The translations under genes were made by a program, and so were the position numbers. A stretch of DNA of 64,000 bases from Eledone cirrhosa. Taxonomy: Eukaryota. Where the stretch lies: assembly GCA_964016885.1 (NCBI GenBank), contig OZ024740.1, forward strand, positions 95,852,001-95,916,000, given 5' to 3'. Shown here piece by piece: positions 24,047 to 40,011 of this stretch (positions within the stretch are counted from its first letter, which is position 1; every line of letters begins with the position of its first letter). The notes beneath the pieces are model-generated. The model was given only the letters and a program-made list of their open reading frames with translations. It did no database searches and was not told the DNA's origin.

Positions 24047-26519
24047 CCTATGCGCACTGGAATCAGTGTCAGGTAATGGGCTCCTATACAATTAAGATGC
24101 TTCGACTGGTTTGCGTGTCGAGTATGTGGACTATTATTATTGTAGCGATAATTATGGTTTTCTCTAAAACATTTTTTTGTATTTTATATGATGTTAATGT
24201 AACATATATTTTCCGTAAGTTGTATAAGATATGTACTGTATGTAGGCTGAACAAAAACACACACACCAATGAGAATAACAGTTGTACTTATGAAATATAT
24301 ATGAACAGGAATATTTAATCCATAGGGAGTTTTACTAAACAAAATGATTGTCAAAACTTATATCTGTAAGGAACAAACAACATACTACACAAATTCCATC
24401 CATTCAATTTAAGCAAAAATTATATTTGACAATATTGAAATATATTCAACAATACGCAATATATTTAGGCAACTCACATTACACATGCTACATATACCAG
24501 AACACATAGTAGAATAGCACAGGAATTAACAAGTTAAATTCCATAACATTCAAAACCACAAAACCACAAACCATACGATACTATATTTATCTTCATATTA
24601 TGACATTCCCCTTTACTAAACGGATATCACTATTCTCAAGTAGATACACACATTTAAATACACTTCATCACACAGAGGCACATGCATATATAGATACATC
24701 TGTAAACGAATATCACATATACTTGCGAAAACAATTAAGAATCATACTTATTCCACACATAATTACACCACTTCGACAGACGCACACACGTAAAACAGGC
24801 ATGTATAGATACACGCACATCTGCACTCACATACATTCATTAACACACATCTGCACAACCACACGCACGTTCATTCGCACACACGTAGATATGCTAAGTA
24901 CACACACTGACGTACCCACACTCACATTGCAAAATGCACCCAATAGCACATATGTAAACACATGTCGTATCAGCAATATGCACTGACAGTCATTTCAACT
25001 GATCAATACATATAGGCAAATAGATGGACAAACATAGTTGTAACTACGCATACATACTGAAATCTCAAACATACTGAAATCTCCTTCATATTCCTACAGG
25101 GACAAATGCATACGCATAATGCCGTTGTCAAATGAAGCAAATATATAAATAAACCGAAGTACATGCACACAAGAACAATAATAATATATCGAAACCCGTA
25201 CATACATGCATACAATATAAAACAAATAATACATTTCTCCTACATGCAAGCACATACATATACGTACGCATACACACACACGCACACACGCCTACGTACG
25301 CACACACACACACATATATAACAAAATAAATAAAAACACACACGTCTCCCATTTCACAGATCTACACTTTGCCTTCTTTTGATTGAATTGAAATAGATTT
25401 GAATTCTGTCAATCAAAACGAATGCATGAAGACACATTAATCTTTATGTTTAGTGACACATACATCTACACCACCACATCTCATTCTCATAACATTCGTA
25501 TACATGATTTCTATGGACACAATAAAGCACTTCGGACTGAAATATTTAATTTACAACAAAAATATCTTCTCTTCGCACGAAATAACTTCATATTTTGTTT
25601 TGTTTTTACGACCATACTGTAAGCGCATATACAAACATATATCCAATTCGTTCATACGTATACAAAAAGCATATATATAATCACGCGTTCACACACCAGT
25701 AACCCACAGAAGCTTACTAAGGCAAACACATACTCATGCAATAAGAGTTATGTATATAAAAACACACATGTTGAGACATACAACTATGAATAGAGAAACT
25801 AGAACATACATACACACGGGAACACAATAGCAAAGGCATAGTCAATCCCGTACACAAAGTAGGAACACAACACGGGTACACACACCGAAAATCAATATTT
25901 TGAAGAAGAAAAACATTCATACACATAGACAAAACAACACACACTAATCAAACGCATACATCCGCACACACTATCCTGAACAGATTCTTCAAACACATAA
26001 CACACATACCAGCACACACATCGGTGAGTGCACTCCAATGCGAAGATTAAGAAAAGTAAAATAAAAAATAAGAAGCACAAACACACCATATATATTTCTT
26101 CCGCACCCATAGAGAAACACAATTGTGAGATGCTCCGTCACAACATGGCACACCGCCTGCACGTCATACTAGTTAAACCTACATTTACCTCCGTACGTAA
26201 CCAACATTCGTGATGTTTTAATATCAAAGTTTCAACCTCCTCTGTCTTTTAAATGTAACTTCTCCTGTAGGTGTAACATCCGATAGATTGAAACAATATT
26301 TTAAACTTTTATAGCAAGTCTGAATCTAATAACGGCATTTGTTAATTATATTTGTATAGTTAAACTATATATACATGTGTACACAGACATGTGCATACAG
26401 AATATGTAGTAGCATCTCAGGTAGACTAACAAAAAACGCAGATTTTATACGCGGTTGTTGCACACGTGCAGTAAGTAGAAAGTGCAGAAGAGGATAGTAG
26501 CTCCTATTACGGCTCAGAT

Positions 26520-27060
26520 GCTTGGTAGAAGTAGTTGATTTTTTCTGTTACCTTTGTGACCAAATCAGCAGTGGAGTTGATTGTGCCAAAAGTACGGTAG
26601 CCAGAGAGAGAATGTGATAGAGAAAGTTTACGGAGCGATTACGGCTGATAACCACAACATATTTTCCCTTCAAAATGAAGGGCAGATTGTATGATGCATG
26701 CATACGATCATTAATGCTTCATCGTAAGGAGACCTGCGAGTTGTGTGCAGAGATCATCAAAACATTAGAAAGAAATGAATCCCAATGCTTCCATGGATGA
26801 ACACCAAAGAATAAATGAACTGAATCAGACATTGAGTATTTGAGGGATCAGATGCAGTGGGCAAGAGATGGGAATGAATTGGTATGGTCATGTGATGTGC
26901 ATGAAGGATAACCATTCAGTAAAAAAGGTGCAGGGTGGTTAAGGGTCGCGGAACCTTTGGTGTTGGAAGAACACCATAGTTGATAAAAGCTGAACTTGAA
27001 CAATTGCACCTCTTGAAGGCAAGGACACAAAATCAAGCTCGCTGGCGTTATGCAATAATA
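26520..27060 (+). mobile_element. Old RTE-type LINE 3' ORF remnant
   Basis: Degenerate match to the RTE at 48.1-48.6 kb (atgaagggcagattgtatgatgc, tggtatggtcatgtgatg). Confidence 0.6.
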
Positions 27061-28963
27061 CACAATACCTGCCATCTTACGTCCACGGATGAAGCATAGA
27101 TCTTGTATACACTAACTTCCCCTCCCCCTTTCATACAGCTCCACGACCTAACACTCCTCCTTTCCTCAACTCCCATTGCACTTGCACTTTGCACGTTCTA
27201 AAATCCACCCATCGCCTAAAACTACTCATACACACACTTCTCTATATAAATCTCACCAATCCACCCAAACCTACCCCCAACCATGTTACCATCACATATG
27301 GCAAATTGGTCGTGATTGTGACACGAGAAATGACGCCCAGCCCAAACTGTGAAGGGGTCGTTATGGTGACACGAAAAATGTCACATAGACCACAGTTTAA
27401 ATATTCGTGTAGTTGAAACGAAAAGTTAAAAATGCCCAGCCCACATTGTAAAGTGATCGAGTAAATGTCACGACTAAAATCATCCAGCCCACACTGTTAA
27501 GTGGTGGAATAGGTGCCAAGACAATATCATCCAACTCACGCGGAAAATGTGGTTGGTATTAAAGAGGGCATTCCACCGTATAAAGGAATCCAAAATCAGC
27601 TATGTACTAGCAAATCATGGTCATCTCACCTGACATGTCTTACAAAGGCACAACTCGTCTAAGACATGCAAGCCTGGACAAATGGTCATTAAACAGTGTG
27701 ATGGTGCAGAAGATGATGATATATAGAGATAATATGTATTGTAGATTAGGTTTAATAGTATTTCGCCCATCAAACACCCAAGAGAATATTTGTTTCGGGA
27801 TGTGTTGTAATGAAGGGATGTGTTGTAATATGAAGACCAATGTAGCATAACGGACGTTAAAAGAAAATCATATTAAATATGAAAGCATTGAGTTTTGTGG
27901 GATTATGTACTTTAATGTGTCGTTTTGAAATACAGTTACGTGAATAAAGTAAGTTGTAATCTCACATCAAATTGGCATAAGATTCCGCAACTGCGCCCGC
28001 TGTATGAGTGACCAATACAACTGTTATGAAACAGTGAAATCTTCGATCTTAGTGAATACAGACAAGTTTATGTTTTCCTTTGACATGCTTACGATCATAG
28101 CTAAATCTGTCTCAAATTACTCCTCGTTCTCTTAAAAAATTGGATACATTGGTCAATTCAAAACTCAATACAATATGTTTGTAAAAAGTATATTTAACAT
28201 GGTTGAAATATTTATTATTATGCCTGCTAATTCGGTCGCTAAATAAAAAAAGAATTAAAGGAATTATGAAATTCAACATTATTTCAGGTTGTAGGCTCTG
28301 ATAGGAGATGTAATAACAACATTAGCGTCAGTGGTTAACGAAACGAGAAATGGATTATATTCCGCCGCATGCACCGGCTTTCAGAGAATAATTGTAAAAT
28401 GCAGTGAAGTTTGAGCAACAAAATAAATGTTGGGATAAGATATTTATGGTGCATAGAGGAATATGGCATGAGTGCTTTTTTTTTATTTCTAGCTATTCTT
28501 TTTTTCAGGCCAACTATTATCGAACAGGGATACGATAAAATCCATTCTAGCTGTGATCACACATTAACTTCTTAAGTATACATAGGTTATGTAAGATTAT
28601 TAAAGAAAGTGTGATTTAAGTGAGATTTGGCTATGATTTGCATTAGATCTAGCACCTCAATAGAGTATATGCGGATAGTTTCTGTTATGTTTTTATGCAA
28701 CAAATTGGATAATTAGGACATGCTCTCGCATTTAGCTCAAATGTATATTTGATTCTCTATCAGATCTGTTATACACGATCATTCAAGGTTTAGCACTATA
28801 TCTGTTGGCAACCAAAATTGAACCATTATCAAGAAATCAAAAAGGAAACCTGGAAACGCGTTTACTGAATTAATTGAATTTCATTTAAGAGCAAGTAGAA
28901 ACAAAGGACATATGATAAAATGGTATTAAATTATGTATCAATCCATATAAGGGATTCCTCTGG

Positions 28964-29160
28964 TTGGGTTTCTTTGTAGTGTTCCTCTTCTCCTGTTCAG
29001 CTCTCTTCAAACTGCACGAGATCTGGGAGCCATTAGATAATTTCAGATACGGACAATATAGGATCGCATTACCTCACGTTGACGAGGTGCTATATGGGAG
29101 TATTTTGTTGTTTTATCTGATAAACCTAGCAAATATGCACATACTCTCCACCGATTAACT
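28964..29160 (+). pseudogene. Possible piggyBac transposase remnant
   Basis: HEIWEPLDNFR..Y....HVDEVL followed, after a frameshift, by DKPSKY; resembles the piggyBac ...EIWE...Y...TVDE.L...KP.KYG block. Confidence 0.35.
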
Positions 29161-29408
29161 GCGATGAGAGACATACAGCTACGGGATGAACATGTTTTCA
29201 ATAATTGTCCTCTGTTAAAGAATGGCATTATGCAAGTAAATGAATGTTTTTTTGCTTGCGGAAAGAGTAGTTTACACATGTATGAAATATCTGATATATT
29301 CATCACTTAAACATTAGGCATACCATCAAATTGGATCTAAGCCTTACCAACATGTTTTACTTGATGAAACACAGTTTGTAAATCATTATTTCTATGCATC
29401 TTATTCAG

Positions 29409-29612
29409 GTGGTGGAATGGCAATATCGGTAGAGCGTTGGAAAATATAACTTGTTCCACAGAGTTACGTCTCTTTAATTACTGTGTTCAAATAACACAGG
29501 GGTTTGCTTCGCTGTTCATCCTTACGTGCTCTGTAAAATAAAGATTTAATAACGTACCGGGGTTGCTTTAATTGATTTCACAACATTTGTACCTAAATCA
29601 GAGACCATTATT
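29409..29612 (+). mobile_element. Degenerate tRNA-type SINE-like repeat
   Basis: tggc...tagagcgttgg (A-box-like), gttcaaat (B-box-like), ttcatcct...aaaataaa; similar to the copy at 36535. Confidence 0.45.
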
Positions 29613-30238
29613 TCTTTGCATTCTATTCGATTTGTAGGAACATTATCTAGTACGCTTTACTGATACAAATAACTGCATGGATTTTCATTAAGTTCTATAG
29701 TATCACTCATTTTCTCGACCTACATTAAGCAGAATTGAGATCTTACAGGTGACACCTACCATTAATATACATAGTAGTGTAATATGTACCACAATCTGTA
29801 TCGAGTAGACAATGTGTTTATATAAATGCACTTCATGTCATAATATAGAGAATTTCGGGTAAAAATACAAATACAATTTTAAGTTATCACGAATCTATGT
29901 CATTCGACGAAGAGTATCTCATGAATATAAATTTAAAGTATTACTTTTTTTTTTTGTTCGTTTGACAATTTTACAGCTTTGCTGATTTTCAATCTTTTTG
30001 TTATCTGGTTGTTGTACTTTGTGTACGATTAAAATGTACCAGACAGTTATATAAATGGAGATTTCATATTAAATTGCATACTTTTATAGCAGTAATTTCA
30101 TGATTTCTCTGATGTGACCATCTGGATGCGACCATGTTATATTATTTGAAATAGAAAATATTAATGTCACATATGAGATTACAAAACTATGTAGTATACA
30201 TCCCATTATGCATAATATATATACACACACATACTTGC

Positions 30239-30298
<60 letters not shown>

Positions 30299-31440
30299 AT
30301 ATGTGTGTGTGTAGATAGAGAGAGAGAGAGAGGGAGGGAGAAAGAGACAGAGAGAGATAAAGAGAAATACATAAATACATAGATGGATTCACTCATATAT
30401 GTTATCGTATATATTACTTAAATTCGGAGATACAATCCCACCTATGCATATATCGCATTCCCATTTCCATTTTCATTATGATGCTCTCTCAATTCACTGA
30501 AAAAATCAAATTCATTTGTTTTACACATATATAATTTGAAAACAAATGAAAATACGTTCATAAATATTAGAAAGAAAACTTTATGAAAATATATCCCAAA
30601 TTACAATAATAAAATAACTAATAAATGCCATTGAATGATAATATATGTATTGAACAGAGAAAGAAATGACATTTGCCATAATATTTTTTTCCAAAGCATT
30701 AATTCTTATAATTTCTTGTATTTGCGTGACAAATTAACCGTATTGTGGTATTGAATCCTTCATAAATTCAGACACCTTCTAATTTTATATGGAGCTTCAG
30801 GGCAAATGTTTAACCATATTATTGAATCCTTTCAAACGTAAACAAATAAAGTGCCGGTAATGTACTGGGTAATTTACTGGCCTTGTGCCAAAAGTAGAAA
30901 CAATTATATTATTGAATCTTTACAAACGTAAACAACAAATATATAAGAGAGAAACGGTTGTTGGTCTGAAGGAAACTTCTTTAATGCAAATTATATCCTG
31001 ATTGCCATATTGCATCTGACATATTAAATACAATACCGCTGAAAAGAAATGATAACCAAGACACATGAAGGCAATAAAAAAAATAAAAGAAATATATTAA
31101 TGGAAAAGAAAAATGCTGAATAAGAACAAGTAGGAAAACAATGGCAAATATTGAAAAATTATAATAAAGTACACGGCGAAAAGAAATCATTTAATCTATT
31201 TCCCCTAACAGCAATTTCAAGGACATCATATCAGGCTGTCCAATTTTAACGATTATCTGTGGAATTCACCTGAATTAACATTTATTCTAGCTTTTCATAG
31301 TACAGAAAAGCTTCTACATAAATGTGTCAATTTAAATATGGTGATATTCTATAAGATGAATATTCTCTCCCACACACAGGCACACATATATACACAAACA
31401 CACAAGCACATATATAAGTATATTGTGTTACTATTTATGC

Positions 31441-31509
<69 letters not shown>

Positions 31510-32360
31510 CTCATTGTTTTTATTCATATATGTGTCTAACTGTGCTGTGTTGTAAGAAGTCAAATATTAGTTGTAAGTAATTTGGTAATATAATAGATCT
31601 TTCCATGACATTCGCATATGTGTGGTTAGGAAGTTATTTGCATCTCGTGTGTATGTGTGTGTATATGTGTGTCTGTATGTGTTTGTCTGGGTGTGTGTGA
31701 GTGTGTGCCGGTGTATGTGTATATGTTACCGGTGCTTTGAGAAAGCAACACTAATTATCAGTCCGGGACATATCAATGATCTGTTTTTACAGCTATTAGA
31801 TGTCTGATGAGGTCATAACTGTAGCATAGCACATACAATCGAAATATTTCTAACACTGTTTATGAATAAATAAAGACATTTTTTACATATTCAAACGTAC
31901 TTCATTTTTGTAACTATGCTCCGGAGTAAAAAGATTTACTTGTATACTTCGTTGAGTGCTCTATCTTGCAGACAATAGTTTCGATGATTAACTAACACAC
32001 TTACACACACACATATATGAATCCATACTGACGAAGAATCTTAGCATTGGAAACACGTTTACACTCTGCATATGATAGCTGCTCATAACTGCACGGGAGT
32101 TTAACAATAAAACGAGAGGGAGCTTTGATACTACATAGAGTTAGCTGCGTGGCACAAAATCTAAACAATCTTAATAGTAGGGTGCAGTAGCAAAGTATCA
32201 ATATAACTGCATGATATGTATATACACGTGACTCTCGTTTCAATATCGAACGTTTCAATGTATGATCCGTAATCATTCTGAAATCAATAGACTTGTAGAT
32301 TCCCGAATAACACTAATTGAAAATCCCTTTCTCATAATGTTTCAATCACACATACTTATG

Positions 32361-32430
<70 letters not shown>

Positions 32431-32940
32431 AGCTTCCCCCTCGTTATAAAATATGCTCATCGCACGATATAACAGTATTAATGCTATCGTGCAATGCCTG
32501 TGCATGAATATTTTTTTTAAGTGAGGAAAGAATGTGCACTGAGCCAATCTCTCTCTCTGAGCGACAGTAGCTATAACCAGAAAAGAAGAAAAAAATCAAA
32601 ACATCATCGGTAACTACTGAGCCGCAGGTTTTATGTCGGAGTTATCCCATTTTCCTGAGTTGCCTTCTCCTAGGAGAATGCCCTGAGGAAGGCTAGGGGT
32701 CCTTCACTCCCAGTAATTTAACCGCGCGATCGGGTATCCAGCCTGATTAATTCTGTGTCCCTGCGCATACACACACACATGCATACACATACATACATAC
32801 ATACATATATACACATACACATACACATACACATTTTTGGATGGTCGTTGACTCTCATGACTTCTTCTGTCCTTTTTCGGGTCTTGTTTTTTGTCCTGCA
32901 AGGTGTCTAAAATCACCCTCTTCACCAAGTAAACTTATAT

Positions 32941-32975
<35 letters not shown>

Positions 32976-33029
32976 CAAACACACACACACGCCCAAGCAC
33001 ACACTTATATATACATACCATGAGACGAT

Positions 33030-33300
33030 CTGTCCATGATAGTTGCGTCCTAATAAACACTGCATTGATTGATGTGATTCTAGTTCCATCGAGGACAAAA
33101 GTGATAGGAATGAATAAGGATCAGCTAATTCTGAGAATATGGAGAAGTTATTCCTGGTGAAACCTTTCCAACATTTCGACATTGGCCTGTGTATATTGTA
33201 CAGGCTTCAGAAAATACAACAAAGCAAAAAGACCAAATGAGACATCCCATAATCATTTTTTATATGGTGCTTTGATCCGATTTTCGATTTTAGTCTCTCA
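33030..33300 (-). mobile_element. Old RTE-BovB-like LINE remnant
   Basis: The - strand translates as ...MLERFHQE*LLHILRIS...TSINAVFIRTQL, resembling the RTE C-terminal LERFHQRCLRSIL region. Confidence 0.45.
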
Positions 33301-34773
33301 AATAACTTTACTGAATTTTTAATGCAAGATATCAAAAACGTTACAAGTTTAATTATGGTACGTTGAATTGTATCTTGTATGTGTTGGTTTCTTTCTACGG
33401 GGCAGGGAAACGCATTACAATTTTTTTTTTTCAAATTGGTTGTGAGATAAAATACAAGACACGCAGGTTCGAATAGACTGATGAAGTTCTATAAATCTTG
33501 CTAATATGAAGTGTTAAAGAATATGTATTTCATATTCATCCTCGACAAATTCAACACTTTACCGGAACAACGATGTCGTATATACACACTATCTACGATT
33601 CACAATACAGTGAATGGTATAAGTCCAGACTTTGTTCGTTGAATTCCACCTATAGCTGCTGGATAGTAAATGTCATATCATCACGAGAAGAACGGGTCAA
33701 ACCGTGTGACGCAGATAATGCTCACGGCACAATGGGATTGAAAGGAGATATAAAAAATACTAGAACGCAACATCTGAAAACAAAAATATACCACGGAATT
33801 GTCAACACACGTCCTTTGGTCCAGATGTATATAGGGAAATGAGAATAACATGAACTCAGTCACGAAGCACTCCCTGTTTTTCCCCAGTACTATAGAAGTA
33901 AGTAGTCTAGTAATTCGGACATCATTGCCACACCAAACTTTACAAATAACAACCGGGCCTGTCTGTTTCACTTGCGACACCTGCGGGCTACATATATTTT
34001 CCTCTGGGTCCCAGGTACCATTTGTCATTTACTGAATTTATGAGTGAAATTTCATTTGATATTTGTATGCCTTCGGTGGTTACTGCCAGCCCTTATAGTG
34101 ATGATGAATAATAGAATGGGAATTGTTTACAAGATATATGTAAAAAAATAGGTTATTTAAATGGATGTAGCTGGCACAGTACTAACACAACATTTCAGCT
34201 CATATAACGTATATCAGTGTGACATGGAATTTGACAAACGTGAATAATTCATGAACCTCAGATATAAAATGAGAGCCCTCCATCTCTTAAGTAGGAGGGG
34301 AATACGGTATGCAAAATCACCATTTACTAACTAAGGTTACACATTTTCGCGGCATTCAACACATTTAAAGAGACTTTCAACACATCATTTTTCCTCGGAA
34401 TAGAATTGCTGAAACTCATGATGTTGAGTCATGGCACCTTTGCATATAACGTTTATTCAAATAAATGGAAAACCAGGGAAACTCAAATAAAAATACTGGG
34501 TAGAACACACACATTATAGTGGAAAGACAGAGAAATATAGTGATACAAAATGTTTTAAGAGAACAATAATAAATAGATAAATTTTAAGAACGTATTTTAC
34601 ATTCCAGTGTCTATGGAATTGATATATGAAGCAATATGCTAATATTTCATAGTAGTTAATATTATTGCAATACAATTATGAAATAAATTTGAAATTAACA
34701 GCTTATGCGTGTGGTTTAATTGTTAATTTATCTATGGCAAATAAAACTATTATCAACGCTCGCTCTTTCTCTT

Positions 34774-34816
<43 letters not shown>

Positions 34817-36534
34817 ATATATATATAATATGTTTGTGGGTGTGTGTGTATGTGTGTGGGTACTTGCATGTGTGAGTGTGTGTGTGATTGTGTACGTACG
34901 TGTGTGTGTGTATATACATGTGTCCCATTACAAATCTAGTCTCCCTTGCAATCTTAATTCAAACAAATTAACAGAGAGGGTGAAAAATCAATAACTGACA
35001 TTTTGTTTTTATATGAATTATTACCTAGAAATATGTATGAAATATATTACAATAATATCAATACCACAATTCCATTAATTTGTGTATTTGCTTTTTGCTA
35101 CGAAGCTTTTAATTAGGGTTTCTTTACTCACGAGAGAAAATGAGGAGTGATTTGGAATTACAAATGAGATTGTGACTCATCAATAGTCGATGTTGTGCTA
35201 TTAAATAATTTTATAGCAAGTAAATCAAAAGACTTGTTTGTTAGGAGATTGGATAATTACAGCTCACGTCTTAATTTGAGGTAGAATTAATGAAAATTTG
35301 CTAGTGAATTTTTCATCTTTTTATTATTTACTTTATCTGTAGAGAAATTGGTTTGCCATTTTTAAATATATAATGTTACATTGCCTCCTCTTAAATAACA
35401 TTGTCCCAAACATAATTTGTTTATTTTCATTTTTTTTTATTTAAATCAATTCCTATGCAATAATTACAATAATCATATATTTATATTTTTTCTCGAGCTT
35501 AGATAATTGCATGCATGTTAAATAAATATATTCGATTTTATTCCTTCGTGTATTTTTTTATCTTAATATATAATACGCAAAATCATATATCATGTCTACC
35601 ATTGGTTGATATATGCCACGCTATAAGCATATATGAGTGTTCTGCGTGCAAACTGAAAATGTTTGAGTAAAACAAAACATGATTAAGAGATTAGCATTAG
35701 CGAGTACATATATGCTGGATATTGATTGAATAGGGAGGACATAGAATAAAGGAGGACATAGAATAAAGGAATGATCCCTTTGATGGAAGGATTGCGGTCA
35801 GCTCAGGAGCAATCATTGACATATTTGAAAAAATAAAAGAAAAAGTGAAAGTGGTAGGGAGAAGATTAAATAAAAAGAATCGACGTAGAAATATAATGAT
35901 AAAGCTTTACAATTTTGAAATATTATTTGAGTGGTACCGTGATAAAATAAATTATATCTAGTGAGAAATCAGTGGCCTAGCAGGGAGATGCTGGTTAGAT
36001 GGATCAATAGGCTTAAATTATGAATGGAAATAGAAAAATGCCAACTGTCAGCTACGAATGTAGATAGGCCTTTATGAGATAACGAAGAGAAATAAAAGAC
36101 AGATGGAAGAAAAGCAGTAAACTATTGCTTGTGAATATGATGAGAGAAGGGAGAAACGTGATGGATTGATACAACCAAAACCTGAAGGTGAGTGCTCTGT
36201 ATCTGATATTTGATGAAATAATATATGTAAATCAGGTTGTGCAACGATAGTGAAAAGCGATTAAGCAAATTCTGAGGGAAAATTTGCATTACATCCACGT
36301 GTATGTAAGGAGAATATCGGAATAGATAATCGGCTTAGAATACGATAGGGAGAAAGGTTGAGGGGAAGTGAATAAAATTTGCCCTAATATAAGACGACTT
36401 GTATGCCCCCCCCCCCCACCCCCGGCGCCCACATGCTGTGGCAGCTTTTCTATATCCTAATTCTAACCTGGTCATACATTTGTATTACATTTTGTATTGT
36501 AAAATGAATTCATATATATTGTATGCAGGATCAA

Positions 36535-36700
36535 GTGCCAATTGGCAGAATCGTTAGAACGTCGGAGCAAGTGATTTTTGTTATTTGTTACGCTCTCTGA
36601 GTTCAAATCCAAATGTGGCAATCTTTGTCTTTTACCCTTTCAAAGTCAATACAAAAATTTTCCAGTCTAGTTCTGGGTTCGGATATTCCTCTATATATTT
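36535..36700 (+). mobile_element. Degenerate tRNA-type SINE-like repeat
   Basis: tggcagaatcgttag (A-box-like), gagttcaaatcc (B-box-like), then tttgtcttttaccctttc. Confidence 0.55.
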
Positions 36701-39700
36701 TATAACTCTTTATAATCATAACTGGAGAGGGATTGGCTTCACCAGGCTTAACATGTCCATGCACGGCGGTATGTGAATACGGTGCCACTACGATTCCAGA
36801 CAAAATTACGGGACCATACGTACTACATTCACAACATCAACCAGTTAGGAAAATGGACATCATACTCTTCTAACAATACAGAGTGAGCTTCTCTGGATCA
36901 GACAGTTACGTATACATTTACAGACAGTTGATATATAAAAGGAAATTAAGTAAACAACATTCAGGATATTTACCATTCAAATTAATGGGTCGATATGACA
37001 GGATGAACGTACACATTTTGATTTCTATAGAACTGAGACTGTTATTAATGTAGTGCTAACACAGCGAAACAGTAAGATTAGACAATGAAGAATGGAGATT
37101 TGGTAGAATACAGATAACGCAGGGAATACAAATATCTTCAAATATACAGTTGGTTATTAGAATTGTATGAAACGATGACATTGTCAGTCGCAGATTAACT
37201 ATTCAACTTCAATACGCACAAATGTTAACTAAATGGAAGATATGTTACTAACTGATTCCAAAAATCCAAAGAAACAATTGCATGGTTCGACAAAATGAAA
37301 ATATTTAGAATGTCTTAAAGGAGTCAAGCCTTTTTCGGTACAATCACTTTACACATTTCCTTCTGTCCTCCCACCCCGTATTTTTTCTCTCTTTCTGTCT
37401 AAAATAGCATACGTTTCTTGCAGTTGTTAACGTGTAACATGCAACTTTAACGTTACTGTTATGAGGTTTCGCGAATAAAATTGCGTAGATTATTTCTCAC
37501 AATGATACACGTAACGAAACTTTTGTTGCAGTTTGTGCTGAAGTCAAGCGGCAATTAGCCATGTTTAGGCAAACGATCCATAAAGCGTCTATGTAGAAAT
37601 TTCAGTTGCTCAATCAAGCCTAACGAGTTCTGAACTCGATGTTACCATCAACATTTTTCCAAGAATTTAATCAGTTTTTTTTTTTTTTATTTATCAGCAA
37701 TGTATAACATCTTTTTTTCCATAAATTTATTTTGCTTTTTTCCCCTCATAACTGCGTCCGATTACACGTACCTTCATTTATTCTTCATCTTTCTTTCTTT
37801 TCGTTTCTCTAATATTATAGACCTGATGTATAATTTCGAGATTTATTTCGTCACACAAAGGTACCTCTCCGGTGTGACCTTGCGTTTCTCTCTGATTTCT
37901 ATCTTGTCCTTGATCCCCACTATCCGTTACAATGGTACTGATTGTCTATCATGCGGAAAATCTTCATAGAGGATCACTACCGTAACCATATTATAGGTTG
38001 ATTACTGAGAGTGTGAGGATTTAGCAGTTGCAGACAATGATAATGTTATGATGATGATGATGTTTATAAAAATAACATACTTCGGCATACAACATCCGGA
38101 GAAAAAAAATAAGAAGAATACTTTAAACAATACACATTGATATTATGTGTCTGTGAATGATTAAGACGAGGCGGGTATAGATGGAAAATGATTATCCTAT
38201 GCCTGCTGAACCAAATCTCTCCTACTTCTAATTAATTCATATAAAGAAAAAAAACAAAAGGAAAACAAGTTACAGAGTTTTATTTATTTGTCATGAGGTA
38301 CATACATGAACGTTTCATATGCTAGTAATAGCAGCAACTTCTCGATCGATACAATTAATAGAAAATCAAGATAGCTTTCAATAATATAGCCCTAGATATT
38401 ACATATTATTGAGACTGATAAAATAATACGATGATTACCACTACAGCGTCCTTTGTAATATGGTTTTAACTACAATATACCAGGATTTGGAGATCATCAT
38501 GTGCAACAATGAAATTAATTCCATTTCAAGTTTACTACAAATTTCAGCAAAATCACTCGAACTCAATGTTACGATTGCTAGTGAAGGTAATAATAGTTGT
38601 GTTATTGGTAATGGTAATGATAATGGAAATGCAACTGATGCTGAAATTCAACTGCTAATAGAGCTATCACACTCTCAATCAGATTTAAACACATACAGAG
38701 ACACAAACACACACATAGATACACAGGCTCACACACATACATGCACACTTATTCCCAGCGAGCAAGCGTTTAGAATTAAGACAAATGATTGACTTTTGGG
38801 AGACCTGAACAAGCAGATTCCTATTATTAATTCTTCAGGTCTAGAAAGGCTGCCATAAATATGTCCAATCTATTCAGGTTATATAATAAAAAGTGGTTAT
38901 ATGCCTGTCTGGTCGGTGCGAAGGAAGATATTTTATGGTCCACCAGTTTGCGAATGTTCTTGTACAATCTAATGAACAAACAGTTTGCTTCTCAAAATAT
39001 TACTAGCCGAATTTAGCGTTAAGAAAACTTTAGTGATATTTACAAACATTCCAGGTCAATGATTAAGGATAAGTGGGAGAAGAAAGTGAGTAAAGTCTTG
39101 TGTATATGACGAAAATGTAGAAGTGTGTAACACACATCTAAGGAAAACAACTAAATCATGAAGAGGGTGGCTGGTCCTTGTAAACTTAATAGAGGACTGT
39201 GTGACATAGGTGTGTATGATATTCTCTCAGTGTGTATGTTTATGAGGGAAATGTAAAAGAAGGTAAACGGCCATGTACTACTATGTAAACTCGAAAAACG
39301 CTACTAAATGAAAATATTTGTGTTCTCATTTCTAGGATGGGGAAATATTTATGGACAAGAATATCGACGATATTTATCCGAAATTAAAGGATAAAAAGCT
39401 TATTTTATGGTGTAGGGGTGGTAGTTGAGCAGAAAAAAGTAAAACGGATTTTTAAGGAAAACGGTCGCAGAATTAAAAAAAGCTAAGGTAGACTATTTAG
39501 AGGGCGATTCGTATAATGACGCTGAAGACAATGATGGAGATATTGATAATGAGGATAATAAAAGTGATAATGATGGAGATGATGGAGATGAAGTTAATGA
39601 AGATGACGCTGATGGGGAAGTTGATCATGATCAAGTGAATGATGATGATGATGATGATGATAATGATGATGGTTCTGGTGTTGGTAGAGGTGGTAGTCAT

Positions 39701-40011
39701 GGTGTTGTTGTTGATAGTGGTGTGTGGGTGGGTTTTCGTGGTATAAAATTTGGAGATAGTGAGGATGATGATGATGAAGATGCAACAAATGATTTTCTGT
39801 AAGAAATCCGTTATTTTTTGTGGAGCTGCGGTAAATGTAGCATATTAAGTCTATATTATGCTAGTGAACCCTAACCTTTTTAAGCAATAGTGTATAATTT
39901 CTGGATCATTTGGCCTAATTCAAACAACTAGACACACATGCTTTCAACCGTTCATGTCTACACGAGTGTTTGCACATCGGACATGAGATATATGATATAA
40001 TATAAAATATC

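Noticed and set aside
22129-24076. Long ORFs of 603, 376 and 218 aa (FIFIF.., KIKIK..)
   Set aside because: Translations of the hexamer microsatellite, not genes.
24350-26150. CA-rich region with many short ORFs
   Set aside because: Low-complexity decayed (CA)/(TA) sequence with no coding signal.
31796-31853. CTGATGA...GAAA hammerhead-like motif followed by AATAAA
   Set aside because: Stem I is offset and stem II is weak; at best a decayed pLTR remnant.
32680-32930. CTGAGGA-aggct...agcct (+) and GTGAAGA-gggt...accc-GAAA (-) motifs
   Set aside because: Each lacks half of the core or stem I; cannot be supported as ribozymes.
33573-34035. Short ORFs and a splice-acceptor-like tttgttttcag on the - strand
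   Set aside because: No recognisable protein and stops follow in all frames; no host exon supported.
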